Shown: positions 30,937 through 40,312 of the stretch, piece after piece | Position numbering within the stretch: the stretch's first letter is position 1 | How the letters are laid out: every line of letters starts with the position of its first letter | Source: Cenarchaeum sp. | GTDB taxonomy: Archaea > Thermoproteota > Nitrososphaeria > Nitrososphaerales > Nitrosopumilaceae | Assembly (NCBI GenBank): GCA_965242695.1 | Contig: CBDESU010000002.1 | Span: 1,568,001 to 1,632,000 of the forward strand | DNA: 64,000 nt | Direction of reading: 5' to 3' | Made by a program: the position numbers and the translations under genes | The notes under the pieces: generated by a model | What the model was told of the DNA's origin: nothing | Seen by the model: only the letters and a program-made list of their open reading frames with translations | Databases searched by the model: none

Positions 30937-31640
30937 GCGGCGGGCCGGCCGGCGGCCCGCCGGACGCAGCCGCGGCGGCCGCGGCGGCGGGATCTGTTGC
31001 CTCCGCCGGAACGCGCATAGTGCAGGTGCCGGTGGGCCACATGCGCAACTTTTCCTACGTCGTCGCCGACATGGAAAGCCGCCGGTGCGCCATAGTCGAC
31101 CCCTCGTGGGACCTTGACCTGGTGTACGCGGCGGTGGAGGAGTCGGGCTGCAGGCCGCGTTACATCGTCAACACGCACCACCACTTTGACCACACCACCG
31201 GCAACGAGGAGGCGGCCGCCCACACGGGCGCCGAGATCGTCCGGCACGCCGCCTCGCCGCTCGGAGGCGACTCTGTCGTGTCCGACGGCGACGTGGTCGA
31301 GGTCGGCGGCGCGCGCTTGGACGTGCTCCACACGCCGGGCCACTCGGAGGACAGCATATGCCTGGTCGCCAAATCGCACGCCCCTGACGGCGCGGTGCTC
31401 ACGGGCGACACGCTGTTCGTAGGCGGCTGCGGCCGGGTCGACCTTCCGGGCGGCAGCGCGCGCGCCCTGTACCGGAGCTTGTTCGGCGCGCTAGCCGGGC
31501 TCGACGGGGCGCTTGCAGTGTACCCCGGCCACGACTACGGCCCGTCGCCGACCTCTACTCTGGCCCGCGAGAGGCGCACCAACTTTGCCCTCCAGCCGCG
31601 CACCGAGGATGAGTTTGCCGCGGCCATGGGCGGCGGGTGA
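30933..31640 (+). CDS. MBL-fold metallo-hydrolase (glyoxalase II-like)
   Basis: THHHFDH, HTPGHS, TGDTLF, YPGHDY. Confidence 0.88.
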   Translation: MSGGPAGGPPDAAAAAAAAGSVASAGTRIVQVPVGHMRNFSYVVADMESRRCAIVDPSWDLDLVYAAVEESGCRPRYIVNTHHHFDHTTGNEEAAAHTGAEIVRHAASPLGGDSVVSDGDVVEVGGARLDVLHTPGHSEDSICLVAKSHAPDGAVLTGDTLFVGGCGRVDLPGGSARALYRSLFGALAGLDGALAVYPGHDYGPSPTSTLARERRTNFALQPRTEDEFAAAMGGG

Positions 31641-31644
31641 GCCG

Positions 31645-32880
31645 GTGTCCGGCGCGCCGGGCGGCCGCCCCGGGCCGCCGAGCCGGCCGCCGCCCCGGGC
31701 CGCAGAGCCGGCCGCAGAGCCGGCCGCTGCAGCCTGCCCGTCGGTTCCCCCGTGCGTCGCTGTGCTCGCGGGCGGCCCGGGTGGCGGGGGCCGCGCGCCG
31801 TCCCATGCGGCCCTGGCCGCGGCCGAGCGGTTCTGCGGCCGCGTCCGCCGCGGCAGGTTCCTGTTCGTCCTGGTCGCCTCGTACACTGCAACGTGCGAGG
31901 TGCCGGGCATATCGTGCGCGGGGGCCGGCCCCGAGGCGATGCGCCTCACGCCGCCGGCCGATGCCGAGCTCGTCCACTACGGGTACTGCCCGTCCCTGGG
32001 GGGCCCGCCGGCCGTGCCGGCCACGCCCGACGGCAAGCCGACGCCGGCCCTCCTGACGCGGGCCGCCCTCGCATCGGCGAGCATACCCCACATGGCGGTC
32101 TGCGCCGGGTGCGCCGAGCCGCCGCGCCTCCCGTACATCGAGGCCGGGCTGCCGCCCGGCGGCAACATCGCGGCCGGCCCCGCCATGGCCGAGCCGGATG
32201 TCCTGCGCGCAGTCGACTACGGGAGGATAGTGGGGCGCACGCTTGCGGCCCTTGCCGACTGCATCGTCATTGGCGAGACCGTGCCGGGCGGGACGACGAC
32301 GGCCCTTGCCCTGATGAGGGGGCTGGGAATGGGGTCGGCATCGACGAGCTCGAGCATGCCGGAAAACCCCGTCGCGCTAAAGGAGCAGGTAGTCGCCGAG
32401 GCGATGCGCCGCGCCGGCCTGCCGGGGCGCCGGGCCGACGCGTTCGCCGCGGCCGCCGAGCTCGGCGATCCGATGCTGCCGACGGTCGCGGGGATGCTCG
32501 GGGCCGCAAGCGAGTCGCGCCCCGTCCTGCTCGCCGGCGGCACGCAGATGGCCGCCGTCCTGGCCCTTGCGCGCGCGTCGGGGTACGACCCGTCGAACAC
32601 GGCCGTCGGCACGACCTCGTACGTGGCGGCAGACCGGACGGCGACCCTGGAAAGGTCGGTGCACGAGGCCTCGTCGGGGTCTGTCCCCGTCCTGGCAGTC
32701 GACCCGGGCCTTGCCTCGTCGAAGGCGGGGCCCCTTGCGGCGTACTCGAGGGGGTTTGCAAAGGAGGGAGCCGGCGCCGGCGGGGCCCTCATAGCGGCCG
32801 CACTGCGCACGGGCGCCGGCTCGGGCGACCTGCGCGCCGCCATCGAGCGCGAGTACGGGCGCGTGATGGGCGGCAGCTGA
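31645..32880 (+). CDS. cobT: Nicotinate-nucleotide:dimethylbenzimidazole phosphoribosyltransferase, archaeal type
   Basis: TPPADAE, GETVPGGTTTA, GDPM, LAGGTQM, KEGAGAGG; start codon approximate. Confidence 0.85.
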   Translation: MSGAPGGRPGPPSRPPPRAAEPAAEPAAAACPSVPPCVAVLAGGPGGGGRAPSHAALAAAERFCGRVRRGRFLFVLVASYTATCEVPGISCAGAGPEAMRLTPPADAELVHYGYCPSLGGPPAVPATPDGKPTPALLTRAALASASIPHMAVCAGCAEPPRLPYIEAGLPPGGNIAAGPAMAEPDVLRAVDYGRIVGRTLAALADCIVIGETVPGGTTTALALMRGLGMGSASTSSSMPENPVALKEQVVAEAMRRAGLPGRRADAFAAAAELGDPMLPTVAGMLGAASESRPVLLAGGTQMAAVLALARASGYDPSNTAVGTTSYVAADRTATLERSVHEASSGSVPVLAVDPGLASSKAGPLAAYSRGFAKEGAGAGGALIAAALRTGAGSGDLRAAIEREYGRVMGGS

Positions 32881-32928
32881 CCCGCGGCGCCGGCTGCGGG
32901 CATCCCGGGCGCCGCGGCCCGCCCGCGC

Positions 32929-34836
32929 CTACTTTACCGTCACCGACTTTGCAAGGTTCCGCGGGTGGTCGGGGTCGGTGTCGCGCTCGAGCGCCAGGTA
33001 GTACGCGAGGAGCTGGAGCGGGATGATCTCGACGACGGGGTACAGCGACTCGTCGGCCATGCGCGGTATGCGCATCCAGTGGTCGTACACGTCGCTGTCG
33101 CTGTCCGAGACGCCGATTATCCTGGCGCCGCGCGCCCTGATCTCCCTTGCCCCCGTGACCATGTCGTCGAACGTCGAGTCGCCCGGGTTGATCACTATCA
33201 CGTACACCGACGAGTCGATGAGCGCAAGCGGGCCGTGCTTGAGCTCGCCGCCCGCCATCCCCTCGGCGTGTATGTACGTGAGCTCCTTGATCTTGAGGGC
33301 CGCCTCGGCCGCGATCGGGTAGTGCACGCCCCTCCCGAGCACATAGATGTCCGAGACGTCCTTGAGCCTGGCGGCAAGCTCGCGTATGCGGGCGTGGTCA
33401 GAGAGCACGCCGGATACGGCCGCGGCCGCGGCGGCCGCGTCGAACCGCCCAGGGCCGCCCGCCCCGCCCCCGCCCCCGCCGCCTGCGATCTCGTCGGCCA
33501 AGCCGTGTATGACGGCGAGCTGCGACGTAAAGCTCTTCGTGGCGGCCACGCCGATCTCGGGCCCGCAGTTCATGCCGACGACGACCGACGACTCCTGCGC
33601 TAGCGACGAGGCCGTCAGGTTGACGATCGAGACGACGCTCGCGCCGGCGCGGCGCGCCGCCTCGGCCGCCTCGATCACGTCGGCGCTCTCGCCGCTCTGC
33701 GAGAGCGCGAGCAGGACCGAGCCGGCGGGGACGGGCTCGGGCCAGTGCGGCATCTCGCTCGACATGACGGGCTCGGCGCGCAGCCCCGCCCTCTTGGAGA
33801 GGACGTGCCGGGCCACGAGGGCCGCGTTGTAGCTCGTCCCGCTGCCCGTAACGTACACGCTGCGCCCGCCGTCGCGGCAGGCGCGCAGCAGGGCGGCAGC
33901 CTCGGCGGCGGCCCCCTCGCCGCCCCCGGTGCCGGCCCTCGCGATGGTGTCGGGCTGCTCGGATATCTCCTTTAGCGTGTAGTGGGCGTAGTCGCCCTTG
34001 TACGCGTCGGCAAATTCCCTGGACACCTTTGTGACGGCGTACGACGCCTCGGCCCCGTCGAACGAGTACGCGCGCATCCCGGACCTGTCTATCGTGACAA
34101 AGTGGCCGTTGTCGACGTACACGGCATCGTCGGTCTGCTCGATGAACCCCATGACGTCGCTCGAGGGCAGGTAGGGCCCCTCGCCGGCGGCGGCGGACCC
34201 GCCGGCCGAGGCCCCGGCGGACCCGCCGGCCGAGGCCCCGGCGGCCCCTCCGCCGGCCGCGTCCGCCCCGGATCCTCCGCCCCTCCCGACGCCGACTATG
34301 AGGGGGCGGTGGAAGCGCGCGGCGGCGAGCGTCCCGTTGCCGAACAGCGCGACGAACGCGTACCTGCCGCGCAGGCGCGCCACGGTCCGCACCACCGCAT
34401 CCCTTGCCGAGCCGCCGGCCTGCCCGAGGCTCTTTTGCAGGAGGTTTGAGATCACCTCCGTGTCCGTCTCGCTCCTGAACGTGTACCCGTCGGCGAGCAG
34501 CTCGGCCTTTAGCTCGGCAAAGTTGTCTATCGTCCCGTTGTGGACGACGGCGACGGCGCCCGAGCTGCTCGGGTGCGGGTGCGCGTTGGCGTCGGTCACG
34601 CCCCCGTGCGTGGCCCACCTGGTGTGGCCGATCCCGACGCTACCGCCCATCTCGTCGAGGCGCTCGGCGCCGTTGACCTCGGAGACCCTGCCGACGCCCT
34701 TTCTGACCTGCACCCCGCGGGCTGACTTTGTCGCTACGCCGACGCTGTCGTACCCGCGGTACTCCATGCGCCGCAGCCCCCTGACCAGGACCGGCGCGGC
34801 CTGGTCGGGGCCCAGGTACCCGATTATCGAGCACAT
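32929..34836 (-). CDS. glmS: Glutamine--fructose-6-phosphate aminotransferase
   Basis: MCSIIG N-terminal nucleophile, EYRGYDS, GHTRWATHG, SQSGES, ELKHGP, PRNLAKSVTV. Confidence 0.96.
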   Translation of the reverse strand: MCSIIGYLGPDQAAPVLVRGLRRMEYRGYDSVGVATKSARGVQVRKGVGRVSEVNGAERLDEMGGSVGIGHTRWATHGGVTDANAHPHPSSSGAVAVVHNGTIDNFAELKAELLADGYTFRSETDTEVISNLLQKSLGQAGGSARDAVVRTVARLRGRYAFVALFGNGTLAAARFHRPLIVGVGRGGGSGADAAGGGAAGASAGGSAGASAGGSAAAGEGPYLPSSDVMGFIEQTDDAVYVDNGHFVTIDRSGMRAYSFDGAEASYAVTKVSREFADAYKGDYAHYTLKEISEQPDTIARAGTGGGEGAAAEAAALLRACRDGGRSVYVTGSGTSYNAALVARHVLSKRAGLRAEPVMSSEMPHWPEPVPAGSVLLALSQSGESADVIEAAEAARRAGASVVSIVNLTASSLAQESSVVVGMNCGPEIGVAATKSFTSQLAVIHGLADEIAGGGGGGGAGGPGRFDAAAAAAAVSGVLSDHARIRELAARLKDVSDIYVLGRGVHYPIAAEAALKIKELTYIHAEGMAGGELKHGPLALIDSSVYVIVINPGDSTFDDMVTGAREIRARGARIIGVSDSDSDVYDHWMRIPRMADESLYPVVEIIPLQLLAYYLALERDTDPDHPRNLAKSVTVK

Positions 34837-34924
34837 GCGGGCGCCGCGCCTCCTGTGCCGCATGCAGCGCAGCCGCGGGCGGATGCGGCACCGGCGGCGG
34901 TGCCGGCGCCTGCGGGCATTGCCG

Positions 34925-35506
34925 TCACGGGCCCGCGCCGGATCTGCCGGCGCCCTCTGCCTCTTCGACCTCGGCCTGCGCGGCGGCCTCGGCATCGGCC
35001 GCGGCGCTCCGTGCGAGCATCTCGCCGTACGGCGAGCCTGGCAGGAGCCGGACGGACGCCTCCTCGCCGACGTCGACCGTATACGACGGTATGGTCACGA
35101 CTCGATCGCCGATCATTACATGGCCGTGCACGACCGCCTGCCTTGCCTGGTACGGGGTCCTAAAGCTGAGCTTCTTCATGACGATCGTCTGGAGGCGCCT
35201 CTCGAGGAGGTTCCTTACGTCCAGGTTGAGGACGTCGTCGAGCGTAGAGCCGTCGCCGACCAGCCCGATCCTGGCAAGCGACCTCATCAGGACGGGCTCG
35301 CGCTCCTCGCGCACCTCGCGGCCGAGTGCTAGCAGCGAGCGCGCCTGGTTGCGCACCCTCGACAGCTCGGTCCTCGCCTTCCACAGCTCCCTCTTTGTCT
35401 TTAGGCCGAACAGGCCGAGCAGGCGAAGCTCGTCCATCTTTAGGTCGTAGTTGAGCGGGCGCTTGGGCTTGCGCCAGGCCCTCCTTGGAAGCTTTGGGTC
35501 GCCCAT
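34925..35506 (-). CDS. rps4: 30S ribosomal protein S4 (uS4)
   Basis: MGDPK...GLKTKRELW...LERRLQTIV...ARQAVVHGHV. Confidence 0.96.
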   Translation of the reverse strand: MGDPKLPRRAWRKPKRPLNYDLKMDELRLLGLFGLKTKRELWKARTELSRVRNQARSLLALGREVREEREPVLMRSLARIGLVGDGSTLDDVLNLDVRNLLERRLQTIVMKKLSFRTPYQARQAVVHGHVMIGDRVVTIPSYTVDVGEEASVRLLPGSPYGEMLARSAAADAEAAAQAEVEEAEGAGRSGAGP

Positions 35507-35525
35507 GCGCCGCCATCCCCGTCTC

Positions 35526-36014
35526 CTACTTTGACTGCGAGGCCGAGCCCTTTGCGGGCATGACCTTGCCGCCCTTTGCGACGCCGACGGCGCCCCCGCG
35601 CCGCCCCGTCGTCCTCGTGCGCTGCCCGCGCACCTTTAGGCCAAACATGTGGCGGTACCCCCTCCAGCTGCCGGAGGCGCGCTCGCGCTCAATGTCGTTG
35701 CGGACGGTAAACTCAATGTCCGACGTGAGCAGGTGCCTGTCGCCGCCGGTCTCGATGTCCTTGCGCCTGTTGAGGAACCACGCGGGGAACCCGGCGGCGG
35801 GCGGGTCGACGATGATTCCCTCGATCCCCTTTACCTGCTCGTCGGTGAGGTAGCCGACGTTCATGCCGGCGTCGATGCCGAGCTTGTCCAGGACGGCGGT
35901 GGCAAAGCTGTACCCGATTCCGCGCACCTGCGTGAGCCCGACGAGCAGCTTTTTGTCGCCGGGTATGTCGTTGCCGACTACGCGCACGATGTGCCTGTAC
36001 TCCTGGGCGCTCAA
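35526..36014 (-). CDS. rps13: 30S ribosomal protein S13 (uS13)
   Basis: YRHIVRV...[12 protein letters not shown]...[21 protein letters not shown]; TTG start. Confidence 0.96.
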   Translation of the reverse strand: MSAQEYRHIVRVVGNDIPGDKKLLVGLTQVRGIGYSFATAVLDKLGIDAGMNVGYLTDEQVKGIEGIIVDPPAAGFPAWFLNRRKDIETGGDRHLLTSDIEFTVRNDIERERASGSWRGYRHMFGLKVRGQRTRTTGRRGGAVGVAKGGKVMPAKGSASQSK

Positions 36015-36278
36015 GCGGCGCGCGTGCCGCCGGCCCCGATAAATACCCTGCCGGGGCGGGGGGCGCGCATCCGCCGGGCCTCCGGGCGGCGCGGGAGGAA
36101 GGGAGGGATGGCGCGCGGATGCCGCCTTGCACCGCCGCCGCTGTCCAACCTTCTCGCCGCGCCGCGCCCTTGCCCCGCGCCCCGCGCGGCGCCGGCCGCG
36201 GCCGGCTGAACCATGGTCAGAATCCCGTCCACTGGACTGGCGCGGCACGGCGGCCGTGCCTCTTGACGTGGCGCGCAG

Positions 36279-36376
36279 GCCGTCGACACGCGCGCATGTG
36301 GACTCGTGGGTGGATCCTCCTGCTACGGCCCCTTCAGCGAGACGGCGAGCCGTCGACACGCGCGCATGTGGACTCG
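36279..36376. repeat. Perfect 28-nt direct repeat pair with 42-nt spacer
   Basis: GCCGTCGACACGCGCGCATGTGGACTCG at 36279-36306 and 36349-36376. Confidence 0.85.
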
Positions 36377-36906
36377 GGAGGGGAGGAAGGGAGGGGAGGA
36401 GGGGGAAAATACGCGATTCGGCGGCGGGGCGACTCTTCCTGCCGCCCGCCTGCCGGCGGGGGGCCCCGCATGCTGCCGCGCCCGGAACCGGCAGAGGCGC
36501 CAGTCGGGGTACCTGTCCTCTCCCGCGGCGTCCCGGCTTGCCGGCCACTGCCGGCGGCGCAAGGTGGACAGGAAGCGCCCGCCGTCCCCCTGCCCATGCG
36601 CCGGATGATCAGGGCGCCCAATCCCGACGGGCGAGTGCGCCTCTGCATCCCGAGTCGGGCATGACGCCGGGCAGTCGTGCCTTCATGACGGGAAGGCGGG
36701 ATGCCATGCCGGCACATTTTCAACCACTGGGCCCTGCATCGAAGTGCTCGTCGCCATGCTAGGCCAAGCCGCGCCGTGCGGCGGTTTGCCTGCGGGGGTG
36801 GAGTGCGGCATGCTAGGAAGACTGTCCCGTAGCGTGGCCGTATCCGCCGCCTGCTGCGCCGCGACGCCATATTGCATGGGTGTGTGGGAGGGGTGCGCGT
36901 ACGAGC

Positions 36907-36946
36907 CCGCCCTTATAAGGGCGGCCTTGACAGATAATCCTTATAT
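36907..36946. promoter_or_regulatory. Palindromic TATA element plus second TATA box (copy 1)
   Basis: 18-bp palindrome CCGCCCTTATAAGGGCGG (36907-36924) and TTATAT at 36941, 29 nt before the structured element. Confidence 0.65.
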
Positions 36947-36969
36947 CTATCATTGCCGCATGGCGGGCA

Positions 36970-37041
36970 ACCCCGTATGCGAATCCCTAGGGCGGACGCA
37001 TTGCGTCCGCGAATGACCTAGGGTTGATGTGGATACGGGGT
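36970..37041 (+). ncRNA. Putative structured ncRNA, copy 1 (DUF3800-like-associated)
   Basis: Nested stems ACCCCGTAT/ATACGGGGT, CCCTAGG/CCTAGGG and GCGGACGC/GCGTCCGC; conserved in three copies with compensatory changes. Strand inferred from the TATA position. Confidence 0.72.
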
Positions 37042-37043
37042 CT

Positions 37044-37619
37044 TCATCTAAAGTGCCTCAGCATCTGCCCTTCCAGGCGGTCGGCTAGGTCTAGGTGCAC
37101 GGCGCCCTTGGGCTCCCGTCCGTGGCTGTTCGCCCAGGCCAGGATGTCTGCCAGCATGTATGCGGGGCCGGGACTTGCCCGGCGCAGTCCCCGATCATTG
37201 ACAAAGTCCTTGCAGTCTATGTCGCATTGAATGTAAAGGCGGTGCAGCTCGAAGTTGTGAATCCGCAAGAACGGCTCCACGTGATCGCGCAGCTGGTTCC
37301 ACATGAGGCTGTTGTATGTGCGGGACAATTTTTTGTTGCTGACGAAGCGGCGCTTTTGCTTCGGATGGCCTCGAAGCTTTGCGAACGCTCGTTTTTTCTC
37401 GAGGTGGATGCAGAGGCCCATGGTATTCCTTCCGTCGAATGAGACCTTGTCGATTATGGCCCTCTTCGCATCGCGGCTGCGGATGGTGGACATGTGGATC
37501 GGTTCGGGCCCTATGCGCCGGGCCAGGCCGGCGATGCCCTCTTTCGTGCCGACTACGATTGCCATGAACTTGTGGTTGCCCGACTCGGGGTCACCTGAGA
37601 CATCCATTCCTGCAAGCAT
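37044..37619 (-). CDS. DUF3800-like protein (putative RNase H-fold nuclease), copy 1
   Basis: 191 aa; N-terminal GMDVSG, central H, QCDxD, C-terminal LADILAWA, matching the DESG...QLAD pattern of DUF3800; two intact paralogues nearby. Confidence 0.7.
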   Translation of the reverse strand: MLAGMDVSGDPESGNHKFMAIVVGTKEGIAGLARRIGPEPIHMSTIRSRDAKRAIIDKVSFDGRNTMGLCIHLEKKRAFAKLRGHPKQKRRFVSNKKLSRTYNSLMWNQLRDHVEPFLRIHNFELHRLYIQCDIDCKDFVNDRGLRRASPGPAYMLADILAWANSHGREPKGAVHLDLADRLEGQMLRHFR

Positions 37620-37804
37620 TCAATCCGACCTGTCGGCGCAGAGGTGGCCCCACATATGAACGCGGCCGAGGCCGGCAGCCAGCATGAGGCGCTAGCAGGT
37701 GCGGCGGCGACAAGCCTGCGCAGGGCCGGGTCATGCCCCTCTGCTTTGTTCCCTGTTCAAGCCGCAGCATGGATCGCGTGCGCCAGATGTCAGGCCTGCG
37801 GCGC

Positions 37805-37900
37805 TTCCTGCGCCTTCCCGAGCCGCGAGAGAGCAGCAGCGCTGCTTGCGAGACCGCATACGACGCAAACTTCGAGAGGGCAAAGGCGCGCTCAAGCCGC
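37805..37900 (-). pseudogene. Decayed copy of the 3' end of the glycosyltransferase gene at 39173
   Basis: CCGCATACGACGCAAACTTCGAGAGGGCAAAGGCGCGCTC aligns with CCGCGTACGCCGCAAACTTCAGGAGCGCAAAGGCGCGCTC at about 39220-39260. Confidence 0.65.
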
Positions 37901-38264
37901 GGCGGGATCGGAGCGTTTGCCGTGCTGCCGGCATGGTGATCGCAGCCGTCAGTTCACACGCAGCCCGCAAGCGGGCTGCGGGCACGGGGTGGCATTGCAT
38001 ATGAGATGCCAGACCTCTGGCCTGTGGCTTGTCGGGTATCGCCGGGCCTGCACAGGACCGTCGATGGACACTGAACATTCTGCACTGCCGTGCACCAGGG
38101 CCGCTCGCCGCCATGCTGAGCCGGACCTCGCCATGCGGCGGCATGCCTGCGGGGAGGGAGAGCGGCATGCCAAAGCCGACTGGCCGCCGGATGGTCGTGT
38201 CGCCGACTTGCCGGTGCCGCGACGCCATGCTGCACGGGTGTGCGGGAGGGGTGCACGTACGAGC

Positions 38265-38305
38265 CCGCCCTTATAAGGGCGGCCTTGACGGACAATCCTT
38301 ATAAG
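38265..38305. promoter_or_regulatory. Palindromic TATA element plus second TATA box (copy 2)
   Basis: CCGCCCTTATAAGGGCGG at 38265-38282 and TTATAAG at 38299, same spacing as copy 1. Confidence 0.65.
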
Positions 38306-38327
38306 TACCCCTGCCGCATGGCGGCCA

Positions 38328-38399
38328 ACCTCGTATGCGAATCCCTAGGGCGGACGCCTCGCGTCAGCGACAGACCTAGGGTTGATGTGGATACGAGGT
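38328..38399 (+). ncRNA. Putative structured ncRNA, copy 2
   Basis: ACCTCGTAT/ATACGAGGT (compensatory C-G to T-A versus copy 1), CCCTAGG/CCTAGGG, GCGGACGC/GCGTCAGC (one mismatch). Confidence 0.72.
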
Positions 38400-38401
38400 C
38401 T

Positions 38402-38977
38402 TCATCCAAAATGCCTCAGCATCTGCCCCTCCAAGCGGTCGGCAAGGTTGAGGTATACGGCGCCCTTCGGCTCCCGTCCGTGGCTGTTCGCCCAGGCCAG
38501 GACGTCTGCCAGCACATGTGCAGGGCCTGGGACGGCCCTGCGCCATCCGCGATCACGGACAAAGCCCATACAGTCGTAGTCGCATTGAAAGTAAAGCCGG
38601 TGCACCTCAAAACTGTGCAGCTGCAGGAACCGATCTACAGGATCGCGCGCCAGGTTCCACATGAGGGCGTTGTATGTGCGGGACAATTTTTTATTGTTGG
38701 CGAAGCGGTGATCTTGCCTTAGACGTTCCAACAGCCTTGCGAACGTCCGTTTTTTCTCAAGGTGGATGCAAAGGCCCATGGTGTTCCTTCCGTCGAATGA
38801 GACCTTGTTTATTATGGCGTTCTTCGCATCGCGGCTGCGGATGGTGGACATGTGGACCGGCCTGGGCCCTATGCGCCGGGCCAGGCCGGTGATGCCCTCT
38901 TCCGTGCCGACTACGATTGCCATGAACTTGTGGTTGCCCGACTCGGGGTTTCCGGAGACGTCCATTCCCGCAAGCAT
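38402..38977 (-). CDS. DUF3800-like protein, copy 2
   Basis: 191 aa, same motifs (GMDVSG, QCDYD, LADVLAWAN). Confidence 0.7.
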   Translation of the reverse strand: MLAGMDVSGNPESGNHKFMAIVVGTEEGITGLARRIGPRPVHMSTIRSRDAKNAIINKVSFDGRNTMGLCIHLEKKRTFARLLERLRQDHRFANNKKLSRTYNALMWNLARDPVDRFLQLHSFEVHRLYFQCDYDCMGFVRDRGWRRAVPGPAHVLADVLAWANSHGREPKGAVYLNLADRLEGQMLRHFG

Positions 38978-39172
38978 CTAATATCGACCTGTCGGCGCAG
39001 TGCGCCGCCTCCTATATGAACATGACCTAGGCCGGCAGGCCGCGCGGCGAGGGGCCGGCACGGCGGCGGATCCGCAGGGGGCCGGGCGAGCACTCCCGCC
39101 CTCCTTTGCGCCCCCGCTTGAGCCGCGGCGCGGGCCGCGCAGCGCCGGACGTCCGGCCGATTCGGCCGCCGT

Positions 39173-40312
39173 CTACGCCCGCCCGAGGTGCGAGAGCGCA
39201 AGCAGCGCGCCGAGCGAGGCCGCGTACGCCGCAAACTTCAGGAGCGCAAAGGCGCGCTCGGGGCGCACCCACAGCCTCTTGCCCGGAAAGTCGAAGCGGG
39301 CGAACAGGTCGCGGACGGCGCCGCGCCGTAGCACCCCCGCCAGCCTGCCGACATCGTTCGAGAGGCGGATGGCGGTCGCCTCTGCCGCATCCCGCATGCC
39401 GTGGCCCTGGCCGGGCCGGTTGCGCGCGATGCGGGCGCGCTCGACGGCGACCTCTGCGGCCGCGCAGCAGGCCGGCCAGAGGGATGCGGGCCACGGGTCG
39501 AGCAGGCCCGCCGCGGCGAGGCCCGCCGCCGCGGCCCCTCCCACGAGCAGCGTCTCGGGCAGGTTCGGGAAGCTGTAGTACCGCCAGGCGGGATGCATCG
39601 ACGGCATGCGCGAGTCGCCCCACGCCCAGCGCGCAAAGCGCGCATAGCTGCGCCGCCCGCCGCCCCACCAGCCGTGCCGCACGGCCGCGCCCGGCACCGT
39701 CTTGAGCCACGAGCCGCCCGCCCCCTCGACGATGCGCAGGCAAAAGTCGATGTCCTCGCCGCCTCCGTGCCGCGGGAACAGCGGCGAGAACCGGATGCCG
39801 CCGACGGCCGACCGCCTCACGAGCAGGTTCGACGTGGCGCCCCACGGCATCCAGCGGTCGCCCGAGGGCATGTCGAAGAACGTGAGCATGCCGCTTGCGC
39901 GCACGCCCCGGGTGAACGAGTTGACGGGGCGGGGGAACAGAGTGGGGCCGATGTATCCCGGCGCGCCCGGGTGGTCTGCAATGGCGCGCGCGTACGCGCC
40001 GAGCAGGCCGGGCTCGGGCGCGACGTCGTCGTCGATGAACAGTATGTACTCGCCTCCGCCCTGCTCGATGCCGACGTTCCTCGAGAGCGGCGCGCCGAGG
40101 CTCTCGGCGTTGGCGGTGCACCTCACGGGCCGCCCCCCGCGGCGCGTCGTGCGCGTCTCCATGGCCGGGTTGTCGGAGACGACATAGTACGAGACCTCGA
40201 TGCCGGGGGGAGCCTCGAGCGAGAGCGCCGCAAGGGCCTCCTCGGCGCGGGCCCTTATGCTCGGCACGACGACGTCGATCGTGATCGGCCCCGCGCCCGC
40301 CGCTACGCCCAG
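39173..40312 (-). CDS. Glycosyltransferase family 2 with C-terminal membrane helices
   Basis: IDVVVPS, SRNVGI...YILFIDDD, GGEDIDFCLR, RWAWG; start approximate. Confidence 0.85.
   Translation of the reverse strand: MGVAAGAGPITIDVVVPSIRARAEEALAALSLEAPPGIEVSYYVVSDNPAMETRTTRRGGRPVRCTANAESLGAPLSRNVGIEQGGGEYILFIDDDVAPEPGLLGAYARAIADHPGAPGYIGPTLFPRPVNSFTRGVRASGMLTFFDMPSGDRWMPWGATSNLLVRRSAVGGIRFSPLFPRHGGGEDIDFCLRIVEGAGGSWLKTVPGAAVRHGWWGGGRRSYARFARWAWGDSRMPSMHPAWRYYSFPNLPETLLVGGAAAAGLAAAGLLDPWPASLWPACCAAAEVAVERARIARNRPGQGHGMRDAAEATAIRLSNDVGRLAGVLRRGAVRDLFARFDFPGKRLWVRPERAFALLKFAAYAASLGALLALSHLGRA

Noticed and set aside
36970-37041. Structured element as a hammerhead ribozyme or C/D box sRNA
   Set aside because: It has CGAA and UGAUG-like words but lacks CUGANGA, RUGAUGA and a conserved CUGA; the stems are nested, not a three-way junction.
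36970-37046. Hairpin after TGA as a SECIS or read-through signal
   Set aside because: The TGA sits at the natural C-terminus in all three copies, the minus strand has no archaeal SECIS GAA/A motif, and no Sec machinery is visible.
37044-37619. 191-aa paralogues as IS transposases
   Set aside because: Short, with no DNA-binding domain, terminal inverted repeats or target duplications; copies 1 and 2 arose by tandem duplication including flanking DNA.
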